From the NCBI GenBank assembly GCA_963809595.1, contig CAWEKG010000002.1, positions 371,845 to 435,844 on the forward strand: 64,000 nucleotides of DNA, read 5' to 3'. The notes under the pieces are model-generated. The model was not told the origin of the DNA and did no database searches. It was given only the letters and a program-made list of their open reading frames with translations. Shown piece by piece: positions 30,372 to 39,872 of the stretch (its first letter is position 1; every line of letters begins with the position of its first letter). This DNA comes from an uncultured Chloroflexia bacterium (GTDB lineage: Bacteria; Chloroflexota; Limnocylindria; Limnocylindrales; CSP1-4). The translations under genes were made by a program, and so were the position numbers.

Positions 30372-30407
30372 TTGTGTTCCGTCCAGATATACGTATACTC
30401 CTACGTA
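30372..30407 (+). promoter_or_regulatory. Leaderless promoter with TATACGTATA palindrome
   Basis: TTGTGT 30372, TATACT 30394, palindrome 30388-30397, second TACGTA 30402-30407, ATG 30407. Confidence 0.65.
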
Positions 30408-30962
30408 TGGCCACGACCGCAGTCGGGAGTTACGATGTCCAGGTGCCGAACAAGACGATCTACGTCTCGGAGGGAGACCTCGCCCTCTATCAGCGTGCCC
30501 AGGAGCTCGCCGGCGACAACCTGTCGGCTGCGATCTCCGCGGCCCTCCGTCGCTATGTCGACGTCGAAGAGGGCAGGCGACAGGGATTCGACGAGATCAC
30601 CGTCCGGGTCGGGCCCGGCAAGGGGAGGAAGGTCCGTTTCGTCGGCGTCCTGCTCGGCGAGTGGGTCAACACGTCCTACAGCCGCGTCGAGACGTTCCGG
30701 GTCTACCGCGGACGGACCGGCAAGTTCGTCGTCCACATCGAGCGCAGCCCCGACTACACGATGCTCAACGCCGAGGGCAAGCCGGCCGGCTGGCGCGGCT
30801 ATCTGGGGCTCGGGAACCTCAGCTACGGATCCGCGCCGGCGGAGTCGCACGCTCGAGGTCGTCGCGACCCTCGACGAGCTCCGGACGCGCATCCCGCCGC
30901 AGCTCTACGACATGGTCGCCGGCGCGTCCCAAGAGCCCCTGGTCGAGGACCTCGACATCTGA
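30407..30962 (+). CDS. EXLDI family protein, frameshifted near 30845
   Basis: PNKTIYVS...NLSAAI N-terminus and C-terminal VEDLDI. Confidence 0.85.
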
Positions 30963-30995
30963 TCCTCGGCCGGCCGTCGGTCAGGGAGGGGAATG

Positions 30996-31959
30996 ATGGC
31001 CAGCATCGACCCCCGCCCGGCGATCCGCGTCGACCGGGCTGCGCAAGTCCTACGGCCAGCAGGTCGTCCTCGACGGCATCGACCTCGAGGTCGCCGAAGG
31101 GACGGTCTTCGCGCTGCTCGGCCCGAACGGCGCCGGCAAGACGACGACGGTCCACATCCTGTCGACCCTGATCGCCGCCGACGGCGGCGATGTGCAGGTC
31201 GCCGGCCACGACGTCGTCCGCGAGCCCGACGCCGTCCGCGCCGTCATCGGCCTCACCGGCCAGTTCTCGGCGGTCGACGGCCTGTTCACCGGCGAGGAGA
31301 ACCTCCAGCTGATGGCGGACCTGCGCCACCTCGGCCGAGCTGGAGGGCCGGCGGCGGGTCGCCGAGCTGCTCGAGCGGTTCGACCTGGTCGGACGCGGCG
31401 AAGAAGCCGGTCGCGACCTACTCCGGAGGCATGAAGCGGCGGCTCGACCTGGCGATGACCCTCGTCGGCGCCCCCCGGATCATCTTCCTCGACGAGCCGA
31501 CGGCCGGACTCGATCCCCGAAGCCGCCGGGTGACCTGGGGGATCGATCCGAGAGCTGGTCGCCGAGGGCGTCACGATCTTCCTGACGACGCAGTACCTCG
31601 ACGAGGCCGACCGACTGGCCCAGCGGATCGCCGTGCTCGACCACGGCCGCCTCGTCGCCGAGGGGACCCCGGACGAGCTCAAGCGCCTCGTGCCGGGTGG
31701 CCACATCCGGCTCGCGTTCAGCGACGCCGCCGAGCTCGAGCGGGCGGCCCGGATCCTCGGTGACGGCGCCTCCGACGAGGAGACGCTGACGCTGCAGGTC
31801 CCGAGCGACGGAGGGACCCGCTCGCTGCGGACCCTCCTCGACCGGCTCGACGCCGCGTCGATCGAGGTTGGCGGACTCGCCGTCCGGACCCCCGACCTCG
31901 ACGACGTCTTCCTGTCCCTCACCGGTGACCCAGACCCAGCGGAGGCGACCGTCCGATGA
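30996..31959 (+). CDS. DrrA-like ABC ATP-binding protein, several frameshifts
   Basis: [42 protein letters not shown] across frames. Confidence 0.88.
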
Positions 31960-32752
31960 TCAGCTACCCCTTGGTCGTGACCGACTCGGCGACGATGCTC
32001 CGGCGCAACCTCCGGCGCATGCGCCGCTACCCCTCGCTCACCTTCTTCATCGCCGGCATGCCGGTGGTGTTCCTGCTCCTGTTCGTGTACGTCTTCGGCG
32101 GCACGCTCGGAGCCGGCCTGGGCGGCGTGTCCGGCGGTCGGGCCGAGTACGCGGCGTACGTCCTGCCCGGGATGCTCCTGATCACCGTCGCCGGCGCGGC
32201 CCAGGGGACCGCGATCTCGGTCGCCATGGACATGTCGGAGGGCATCATCGCCCGGTTCCGGACGATGGCCGTCGCGCGGGCCTCGGTCCTGACCGGCCAC
32301 GTCATCGGCAGCGTCATCCAGACGATGCTCGCCCTGGCCATCGTCATGGTGCGTCGCCCTGCTCATCGGCTTCCGGCCGACCACCGGCCCGGTCGAATGG
32401 CTCGCCGCGGTGGGCGATCCTCGCCCTCGCCGCGCTGGCGGTCACCTGGCTCTCGGTGGCGCTCGGCATGGTGACCGACAGCGTCGAGACCGCCAGCAAC
32501 CTGCCGATGTTCCTGATCATCCTGCCCTTCCTGAGCAGCGGGTTCGTCCCGACGCAGCTCGATGCCGGACGGTCTCTGCCTGGTTCGCCGAGAACCAGCC
32601 GTTCACGCCGGTGCATCGAGACGGTGCGCGGCCTCCTGCTCGGGACGCCGATCGGGAACAGCGGCGCGCTCGCGGTCGCCTGGTGCGTCGCGATCTCGAT
32701 CGTCGGCTACCTGTGGGCGACGCGCCTGTACGAGCGGGACCGGGCACGGTAG
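31956..32752 (+). CDS. DrrB-like ABC-2 permease, frameshifted
   Basis: LLLFVYVFGG, GIIARFRTM, FLSSGFVP, ENQPFTP. Confidence 0.88.
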
Positions 32753-32814
32753 CCGCAGCCGCCGTCGCGAACACGACAGCGTTCTCCGCACCGGACCTTG
32801 GTATCCTGCCGCCG

Positions 32815-34062
32815 GTGCGACCCCTGCTGGCCCGACCCGCCGAGACCATCGTCCCCGCGAGGCTCGGACGCAGTTTCCGGTGGCTCCTGGCGGCCACGAT
32901 CGTCAACAACGTCGGCGACGGCATCGTCCTCGCGGCCGGCCCGCTGCTCGTCGCGTCCCTGACGACCGATCCGTTCCTGGTGTCGCTGGCGGTCCTGAGC
33001 GAGTACCTCCCGGTCCTGCTATTCGGTGTCCTCGGCGGCGCCGCGGCCGACCGCTTCAACCGTCGCGGCATGGTCATCGTGGCCAATCTTGGGCGGGCCG
33101 TCGCGCTGATCGTCCTCGTCGCCACGATCGTCAGCGGGACCGTCGGCATCGCCATCGTCCTCGTCACGTTGTTCGTCCTGGGCACGGCCGAGACCTTCGC
33201 CGACTCCGCCAGCAGCACGCTCCTGCCGGGCATGGTGGCTCGCGAGGACCTCGGCATCGCCAACGCGCGGCAGCAGGGCGCCTTTCTGCTGACGAACCAG
33301 CTGGTGGCCCCGCCGATCGGCGCGTTCCTGTTCGCCGCGGGCACGGCGATCCCGTTCGCGACGAACGCGGTCTGCTTCGTACTCGGGGCGGTGCTCGTGT
33401 CGCGCGTCGTGACGAGCACCACGAACGAGCTGCGCGAGCGATCGAGCCTGCGGACGGAGATGGGGGAGGGGATCCGCTGGCTCCTCGCGCATCCGCCGAT
33501 GCGGACCCTGGCGCTGACGATCTTCACTTTCAACGTCACGTTCGGAGCCGCATGGTCGGTCCTCGTGCTCTACGCGAGCCAGCGGCTCGGCATGAGCGAC
33601 GTGGGGTTCGGGCTCCTGACAACGGCTGTCGCCGTGGGCGGCGTGATCGGGATCGTGTCGTATGGGCGATTGGCGCGACGCTTCTCACTGAGCGACATCA
33701 TGAGGGTGGGCCTGCTCATCGAGACCGCCACCCATCTATCCCTCGCCGTCACGACCTTACCCGTGGTCGCGCTCGCCACGCTGGTGGTCTTTGGGGCCCA
33801 CGGCTTCATCTGGGGCACGACATCGACGGTCGTGCGACAGCGGGCCGTGCCGGACGAGCTGCTCGGCCGGGTGACCGGCGTCTACCGCGTCGCGATCGTC
33901 GGCGGCCTGGTCATCGGCACGCCGATCGGGGGCCTGCTCGCCCGGACGTTCGGGATCACGGCCCCGTTCTGGTTCGGGTTCATCGGATCGGCGCTCCTCG
34001 TGGCGATCCTGTGGCGTCAATTCGACCTCATCGTTCACGCGGGCGAGGGGACCGGCGGCTGA
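32815..34062 (+). CDS. MFS transporter (DHA3/EntS-like)
   Basis: GAAADRFNRR motif A, 12 TM, QRAVPDELLGRV. Confidence 0.92.
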   Translation: MRPLLARPAETIVPARLGRSFRWLLAATIVNNVGDGIVLAAGPLLVASLTTDPFLVSLAVLSEYLPVLLFGVLGGAAADRFNRRGMVIVANLGRAVALIVLVATIVSGTVGIAIVLVTLFVLGTAETFADSASSTLLPGMVAREDLGIANARQQGAFLLTNQLVAPPIGAFLFAAGTAIPFATNAVCFVLGAVLVSRVVTSTTNELRERSSLRTEMGEGIRWLLAHPPMRTLALTIFTFNVTFGAAWSVLVLYASQRLGMSDVGFGLLTTAVAVGGVIGIVSYGRLARRFSLSDIMRVGLLIETATHLSLAVTTLPVVALATLVVFGAHGFIWGTTSTVVRQRAVPDELLGRVTGVYRVAIVGGLVIGTPIGGLLARTFGITAPFWFGFIGSALLVAILWRQFDLIVHAGEGTGG

Positions 34063-34167
34063 TCCGAGCCCGCCCCGGCCCTCAGCCCCCGCGAGGACCT
34101 CGCGCAGCGTCACGGCGGAGTCAACGTCCGGCCCGTAGTACGTGCGGGAGACGATGTTCTGAGCCAG

Positions 34168-35118
34168 CTAGCCTCGCCGTGGACGAGCCCGCCGACCGGC
34201 CAGCGCAAGTCCGAGACCGACCAGGAGCACTGCCACGATCGGGGCAACGGGCACCGACGGCGGTCGGCTGAGTGTCTCGCTCGTGTCCGTCGGCGGTGGC
34301 GTCACCGTGATCGAACCAGGGTCAGACGTCGCTGCAGCCGTCGCCGTGGGCGTCGCCGTAGGCGTCGCCGTCGACGTCGGCGTTCCAGTCGGGGCTCCAG
34401 TGGGCGTGGGTGTCGGCGTCGGCGTCGGCGTGGGTGTCGGCGTCGGCGTCGGCGTGGGCGTCGGCGTGGGTGTCGGCGTAGGCGCCGGAGTGATCGTGAG
34501 GCCCACGTCGTCGAGGAAGTTCCCGATCGACGCGCTCCCGGACGCCACGCTCAGGGCACGGAGGGCCAACCGCGTGCAGGTCTGGCCGGGCGGGACGAGA
34601 TATGTGTCCGTGTGCGTGCCCCAGGCAGCCGTTCCGTCGGTCAGCCCCGGCGACGTGTAATCCCAACCGGCATTGGTGTTGGGATTCGCGACGGCAGCGT
34701 CGCCGATGAGGACCTGCATGGTGTCGTTGCCGCCGCGTCCTCGATGCTGGAGTGTCCACGTCCAGGTGGCGCCCGGGTTGGATACCACGTCCTGGTAGAG
34801 GGTCGCCGCAGAGTTGGCGTTGATCTCGGAGAAGGCATTGCCTTGAGCGGCCGGCACACCCAGGAACCCGGTCCCCCAGATCTCGATCTGGTTGAGCGAG
34901 TCGGTCGTCTGCCAGGGTGGCACCGAGGCGGCCGGGAACAGGGTGTAGGTGTTCGCGGCGACCGGCGGGGTCTCGAAGCCGCCGTCCAGCAGGGACGTCG
35001 CGGAGCCGCATGCCGCAAGAGCGGGGCGGGCGCCGGCCCACGACATGGAACCGAGACACAGGGTGACGACGGCCAGAGTCGTGATCGCGCCACGACGATG
35101 CACGAACGATCTCCCCAA
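34168..35118 (-). CDS. Secreted surface protein: DUF642/CBM-like domain, PT linker, C-terminal PPTDT-TM-Arg tail
   Basis: Signal peptide, DGGFETP, NFLDDV, (PT)n, PPPTDT plus hydrophobic helix plus RRARPRR. Confidence 0.75.
   Translation of the reverse strand: MGRSFVHRRGAITTLAVVTLCLGSMSWAGARPALAACGSATSLLDGGFETPPVAANTYTLFPAASVPPWQTTDSLNQIEIWGTGFLGVPAAQGNAFSEINANSAATLYQDVVSNPGATWTWTLQHRGRGGNDTMQVLIGDAAVANPNTNAGWDYTSPGLTDGTAAWGTHTDTYLVPPGQTCTRLALRALSVASGSASIGNFLDDVGLTITPAPTPTPTPTPTPTPTPTPTPTPTPTPTPTGAPTGTPTSTATPTATPTATAAATSDPGSITVTPPPTDTSETLSRPPSVPVAPIVAVLLVGLGLALAGRRARPRRG
34400..34482 (-). repeat. Hexanucleotide repeat encoding a (PT)n linker
   Basis: Runs of GGCGTC/GGCGTG/GGTGTC. Confidence 0.9.
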
Positions 35119-35302
35119 GGACCCTCACGTCCGGTGGACGACCGGGCACGGTCCTCCCTCGGAGCAGGTGTCCATCGTCTCACGGGTCGACCGGAAGGAC
35201 CAGTCCAATTCCGACCGGACAGCGGCTCGTCGCGAGGGGACGACGATGAGCGGCGTGACCGACGGGCGCCGATGAGCAGCGGCCGTGACGTACACTCCGC
35301 CG

Positions 35303-37334
35303 ATGTCGAGCCGTCGCGTTCTGACCCTGGGTGTCGTCGTCGTGCTGGCCGGCGCCTGCGGCGGGCAGGCGATCGTCTCACCGTCCGCTCCGACCACGAC
35401 CGCGGCCGTGTCGGGCGAGCCCGCCAGCCCAGCCGTGTCGCCGGCCGGCTCCGGCAGCGCCGATGCCGACGCGCTGCTGGCCGCTGCCCTGGCCCACTTC
35501 GGGCAGTCCCTGGGCACCGATGATCCGAACCGCCGGGCGGTGATCGATGCGATGGACCTCCGCACGGTCCTCGGAGCGGATGCCGAGCACATCCTGGCGG
35601 TGGCGACCGCCGCCGAGGGCGCGGCTGCCGCGAAGGCCCAGCTCAAGCCCCTCTTCGGCGAAGCGGGTCGGTCGACACCCGGCGGTTGGATGATCCCCGA
35701 AGCGGCCGTCCTCGCCTCGATCCCGGCCTATCCGCCTCCGCTGTCCGACACTCGCGACTACCTGTCCTCGAGCCTCGACTACATCGGCAGGGAGGGATCG
35801 AACACTGCCCACGAGGACACCGGGACGATGACGGCATCCGCGACCGACGGAGCTGTCGCGTCATCGAGCGAGGTGCGGACGACGCTCGACGCCACCATCA
35901 ACGGATCCGACGTCAAGGTCGTGGCCGACCGTGACGTGCATGTCACGGCGACCGACACCAAGATCCGGATCCCCGCTCCTCGACCAGCACATCCGCTACC
36001 AGGTCACCGCCGAGCTCGATGTCTGCCCGAGCGCAGCCGGCATCGTGCTGGCCTCGAGCGGCCATGCCTACACGGCGGAATCGAGCACCTTCGCCGGCGC
36101 GGGCGGACGGGTCGGTTCGCACAACACGGCCAGCCTGACGACGAGCAGCACGTTCAAGGGCCAGGTGGACGATCAGGCGAACCTGGGCAACGTCGCCCAG
36201 GACGCCAACGTCGACGGCAAGTTCCATCGGACCTCGTCGGCCCCGGGCGGCCCGGAGGCGTCGCACGAAGGCACCTATACCACGAGCGTGACCGGCATCA
36301 ACGACGGGGTCCCGACGGCGCACGAATGGTCGATCACCGGGAGCGACTGGTCGGGGATCGGGTCGGGTATCGGGTCCGTGCAGGTCGATCGGACGGGTGA
36401 CGCGACCGCCGACCAGATCGGCGACGCCGCCGGCTCGGCGGCCGTCGACTGGGCGACGATCGACTCGTCCTTCGTCGAGGCGCAGAGGCTCTGGCGCGAT
36501 ACCCGCTGCGTGATCGTGACCGCGCCGACGTACATCCCGTTGAGCGCCTACGCCAACAAGGCGCGACCCACCCACACCGAGGAGGTCGGGAAGGGAAGCA
36601 CGACCGAATTCGAGGTGGGGACCGGGCATCGCTTCGATCAGAAGGTGACCGCCCTGATCAAGGCGACGCTCGATGGCAAGGAGAGCCTCGATCCGAAGGA
36701 GGTCCCGAAGCCGCCGGGGACCCTGACCTACGTCGCCTCGGACGAGGACGACCAGACCGCGATCGTCGACCTCATCTCGACCTCGAAACAGGGGATCGGC
36801 CGCCAACGGCTGCTGTTCCACACGAGCGACGAGAAGCTCAAGGTCAGCATCAACGGCAAGATGACGACCAGCGGGTTCGGCGTCTCCTACACGACGACGG
36901 TCTCCGTGGCCGGGATCCTGCTGACCAAGCAATCGGACGGCAGCTTCCTGGGCTCGGCTCCGGTGACCACGAAGATCCACCTCAACGGCGACATCCCGTG
37001 TCCCGCCCCGTTCAAGGAACAGGGCGGCACGCTCACGCTCCGGGCGACCCATCCGCCCCCCGTTGACCCGAACACGCCCAGTCCGTGGACGATCACCTTC
37101 GACAAGACCAGCAAGCTCACGGTGACGGGGAGCTGCCTCGGGATCAGCCTCGGCAACATGCTCCAGCTCGGCACGAGCGGGGCGACCGGCGGGTTCATGT
37201 TCGTCCTCGGCGATGTCGAGATCCCGGACGCGGGCGGCTCGGCGACCGTCCGGAAGACCGTGCCCGTCGGCGCGTCCCAGAACGCCATCGACGCGACCGT
37301 GAAGGCCCAGGTCATCAAGAACGTCCGCCCGTAG
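35303..37334 (+). CDS. Large hypothetical lipoprotein, frameshifted near 35965
   Basis: Lipobox LAGAC; two consecutive coding-like frames. Confidence 0.7.
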
Positions 37335-37382
37335 GTCGGATCGGCTTCGAGCGGCCGATCCCGATGGACGGGTCGAGTCCCC

Positions 37383-38258
37383 TCAGGCCCCGGCGAGGAC
37401 CTCACGCAGCCTGGCCGCGAAGGCGTCCGGCTCGCCGGCCTGGCCGTACTCGCCGCCGAGGAAGCCGGCGTGGCCGCTGGGGAAGACCACCGGCACGGTG
37501 CCGAGCCGTTCGGCGACGGCCTCCGCGCCGCGATGCGCCATCTCACCTTCGGACTCCGCGCCGGCAGCCAGGACGATCCGGGTCGACGCCGTCCGCAGCA
37601 CCTCGAAGTTGGGCTCGTAATGGGTGCAGGTCAGGATGTTCTGACCCAGCAGCGGGTCGGTCCGGGTGCCGTCGTCCGCGGCCGGCAGGCCGAACATGGC
37701 GGGATCGGGCCCCGGCTGCTTGGCGAACTCCGCGGTCATCGGCCCCTTGTGGCTCACGACGGCGATGAACTGGGCCATGCCCGCCCCGAAGCCGCTGCGC
37801 TGGTACGTGTCGCTGATCGCCTGGGTCACCGCCATGGCACCCTCGCGGTCGGGCAGGATCGACGCGAGCGGTGGCTCGTGGGCGACGAGCGTGCGAACCT
37901 GCTCCGGGTGCGCCGCCACCAGGGCGAGGGCGTTCACCGCCCCACCGCTGCTGGCGAAAAGGTCGACCGGCCCCCGGCCGAGCTCGGCGATGATCCGATG
38001 AAGGTCGTCGGCATGCTGCTCCGGGGTCGACGGGCTGGCCGGGTCGGCCTTCGTGCTCCGCTCGACGCCCCGGGGGTCGTAGGTCACCACGGTGCGGTCG
38101 GGAAAGTGGCTCGCCAGCGTGACAAACCCGCCGGCGCCCATCGGCGACCCGATGAGCAGCAGCACCGGGGCAGGGGAGTCGGTCTCGCGAACGTCGTAGG
38201 TCAGGGTCGCGCCGGGCACGTCCAGGGTGCGCGTCGTCGGCTCGGTGAGCGTGGTCAT
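37383..38258 (-). CDS. Alpha/beta hydrolase
   Basis: YDPRG, ASSGG nucleophile elbow, HEPP, GHAGF. Confidence 0.92.
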   Translation of the reverse strand: MTTLTEPTTRTLDVPGATLTYDVRETDSPAPVLLLIGSPMGAGGFVTLASHFPDRTVVTYDPRGVERSTKADPASPSTPEQHADDLHRIIAELGRGPVDLFASSGGAVNALALVAAHPEQVRTLVAHEPPLASILPDREGAMAVTQAISDTYQRSGFGAGMAQFIAVVSHKGPMTAEFAKQPGPDPAMFGLPAADDGTRTDPLLGQNILTCTHYEPNFEVLRTASTRIVLAAGAESEGEMAHRGAEAVAERLGTVPVVFPSGHAGFLGGEYGQAGEPDAFAARLREVLAGA

Positions 38259-38291
38259 TGGGACGTCTCCTTGGTGGTGGCAGCTGGGGAT

Positions 38292-38798
38292 CTATGCGGA
38301 GCGAACGGCGTCCTCGGAGAGGATCGCATCGATCTGACCGACGGCCTGGGTGAGGCCCTCCTCCATGCCCATGGCCAGGACCTGCTCCATCGCCGCGATG
38401 CTCGGGAAGCGGCTCTCGATCGTCATCCGCGTGCCGCCGGCCACGGTCGGCTCGATCGTCACCCGGCCCTCGTTGCGGGCGAAGTCGTCGTTCGGCGTGC
38501 CGTCGTCGTTCGCGAACCCGTCGAGGAAGACGAGCCGACGCGGTGGATCGACCTCGAGGACGTCCCAGTAGCCCCGCGGCTGGTCGCCGCTGGGCCCGGT
38601 CATGTGATACTCCACCCGACTGCCCGGCGCCAGGTCGTGGGTCGTGAAGGTGGCCGGGTAGGTCGGCGGACCCCACCAGCGCTCGAGTTTGCGCGGATCG
38701 GCCCACAGGTCCCACACCCGTTCGGGCGATGCGTCGAACTCGGCGGTCAGGGTCAGGGTCAGGGCGTCCGGATCCTTGCGGACGGCGGTGACGGTCAT
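38292..38798 (-). CDS. SRPBCC/AHSA1 domain protein
   Basis: ERVWDLWADP, WWGPP, GMEEG. Confidence 0.92.
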   Translation of the reverse strand: MTVTAVRKDPDALTLTLTAEFDASPERVWDLWADPRKLERWWGPPTYPATFTTHDLAPGSRVEYHMTGPSGDQPRGYWDVLEVDPPRRLVFLDGFANDDGTPNDDFARNEGRVTIEPTVAGGTRMTIESRFPSIAAMEQVLAMGMEEGLTQAVGQIDAILSEDAVRSA

Positions 38799-39130
38799 GG
38801 GTCGGTCTCCTCGTTGCTCGTGATGAGGTCGGTCATCCGCTCGATGCGGCCGCGCCACAACGCCTCGTATCGGTCGAGCAGGCCTCGCGCGAGGCGGAGC
38901 CCCTCGATGTTCGTGTGCACGACCTTGCGCCGGCCGCTGCGCTCCTTGGTGACCAGGCCGGCCCGCTCGAGCACTGCGACGTGCTTCTGTACCGCCGCGA
39001 AGCTCATCGGGTAGTGCCCGGCCAGCTGGGCGACGCCCTCGCTGGCATCGAGCGCACGCAGGACGATGTCGCGCCTGGTGGCATCCGCCAGGGCGGCAAA
39101 GACATGATCGGCGTCGAAGGCGTTCGTCAT
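38795..39130 (-). CDS. ArsR/SmtB family regulator
   Basis: FAALADATRR, AVQKHVAVLERAGLV. Confidence 0.93.
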   Translation of the reverse strand: MTNAFDADHVFAALADATRRDIVLRALDASEGVAQLAGHYPMSFAAVQKHVAVLERAGLVTKERSGRRKVVHTNIEGLRLARGLLDRYEALWRGRIERMTDLITSNEETDP

Positions 39131-39166
39131 TGGTACAACCATACGGTTGTACCACCGGTTCGTCAA
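39131..39166 (-). promoter_or_regulatory. Leaderless sigma70 promoter with perfect 10-4-10 operator
   Basis: TTGACG-17-TATGGT-7-ATG; TGGTACAACC-ATAC-GGTTGTACCA at 39131-39154. Confidence 0.85.
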
Positions 39167-39189
39167 GAGACGTCCGGAACTGGGCGGTG

Positions 39190-39783
39190 TCAGGCCTCGG
39201 GCGTAAGGCGTTCCCCGGCCTCGATCCGAACCGGCAGGCGGTTCTCGGCCGGCGTCAGCGGGCAGGAGAACCGGACGTCGTACACGCAGGAGGGGTGGTA
39301 GGCCAAGTTGAAGTCGATGGTGTACGTCCCATCCTCGTCCGGGTCGATGTCCAGGTAGCGCCCCGCTCCGTACGATTCCGTGCCGGACGTCGCGTCGAGG
39401 AACGGCACGAAGACCGATCCGGATCGGTCGTTCTCGAATGTGTACGCGGTGAGCGAGGAAGGGACCGAGCCGACCGTGAAATGGAAGGTCCCTGCTCGTT
39501 CGGCCGGGCGCAGCTTCCCGTCGGAGGTCGGGATCGCGAAGCTCGTGGGCTCGCTCCCGCCGTAGGACTGGAGGATCAGCCCGTCGAAGCTGAGGGACTC
39601 GTCGACCGGGAAGTAGGGGAGTCCCTGGAAGCCGGCCCGCTCCGCTTCGGGGATGGGGCTCCGCGGGCTCGAACGGAAGAACTCGTCCTTCTCCGCTCGG
39701 AAGGAACGGACCGCATCGCCGTAGTCGACGTGCTCGTGATGGTGATGCTCGTGTTCCTGGTCGTGGTCGTGCGACTCACTCAT
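39190..39783 (-). CDS. DUF1684 family protein with His-rich N-terminus
   Basis: PFLDATSGTESYGAGRYLD, DFNLAYHPSC, CPLTP, IEAGE. Confidence 0.92.
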   Translation of the reverse strand: MSESHDHDQEHEHHHHEHVDYGDAVRSFRAEKDEFFRSSPRSPIPEAERAGFQGLPYFPVDESLSFDGLILQSYGGSEPTSFAIPTSDGKLRPAERAGTFHFTVGSVPSSLTAYTFENDRSGSVFVPFLDATSGTESYGAGRYLDIDPDEDGTYTIDFNLAYHPSCVYDVRFSCPLTPAENRLPVRIEAGERLTPEA

Positions 39784-39872
39784 GGCAGGCTCCCTCGACA
39801 GGGCGTCATTGTGGAGCCCCGATCGTCGAGGAGCATGCCGTCCCCGTACCATGCGCGGATGAGGACGGCTAC

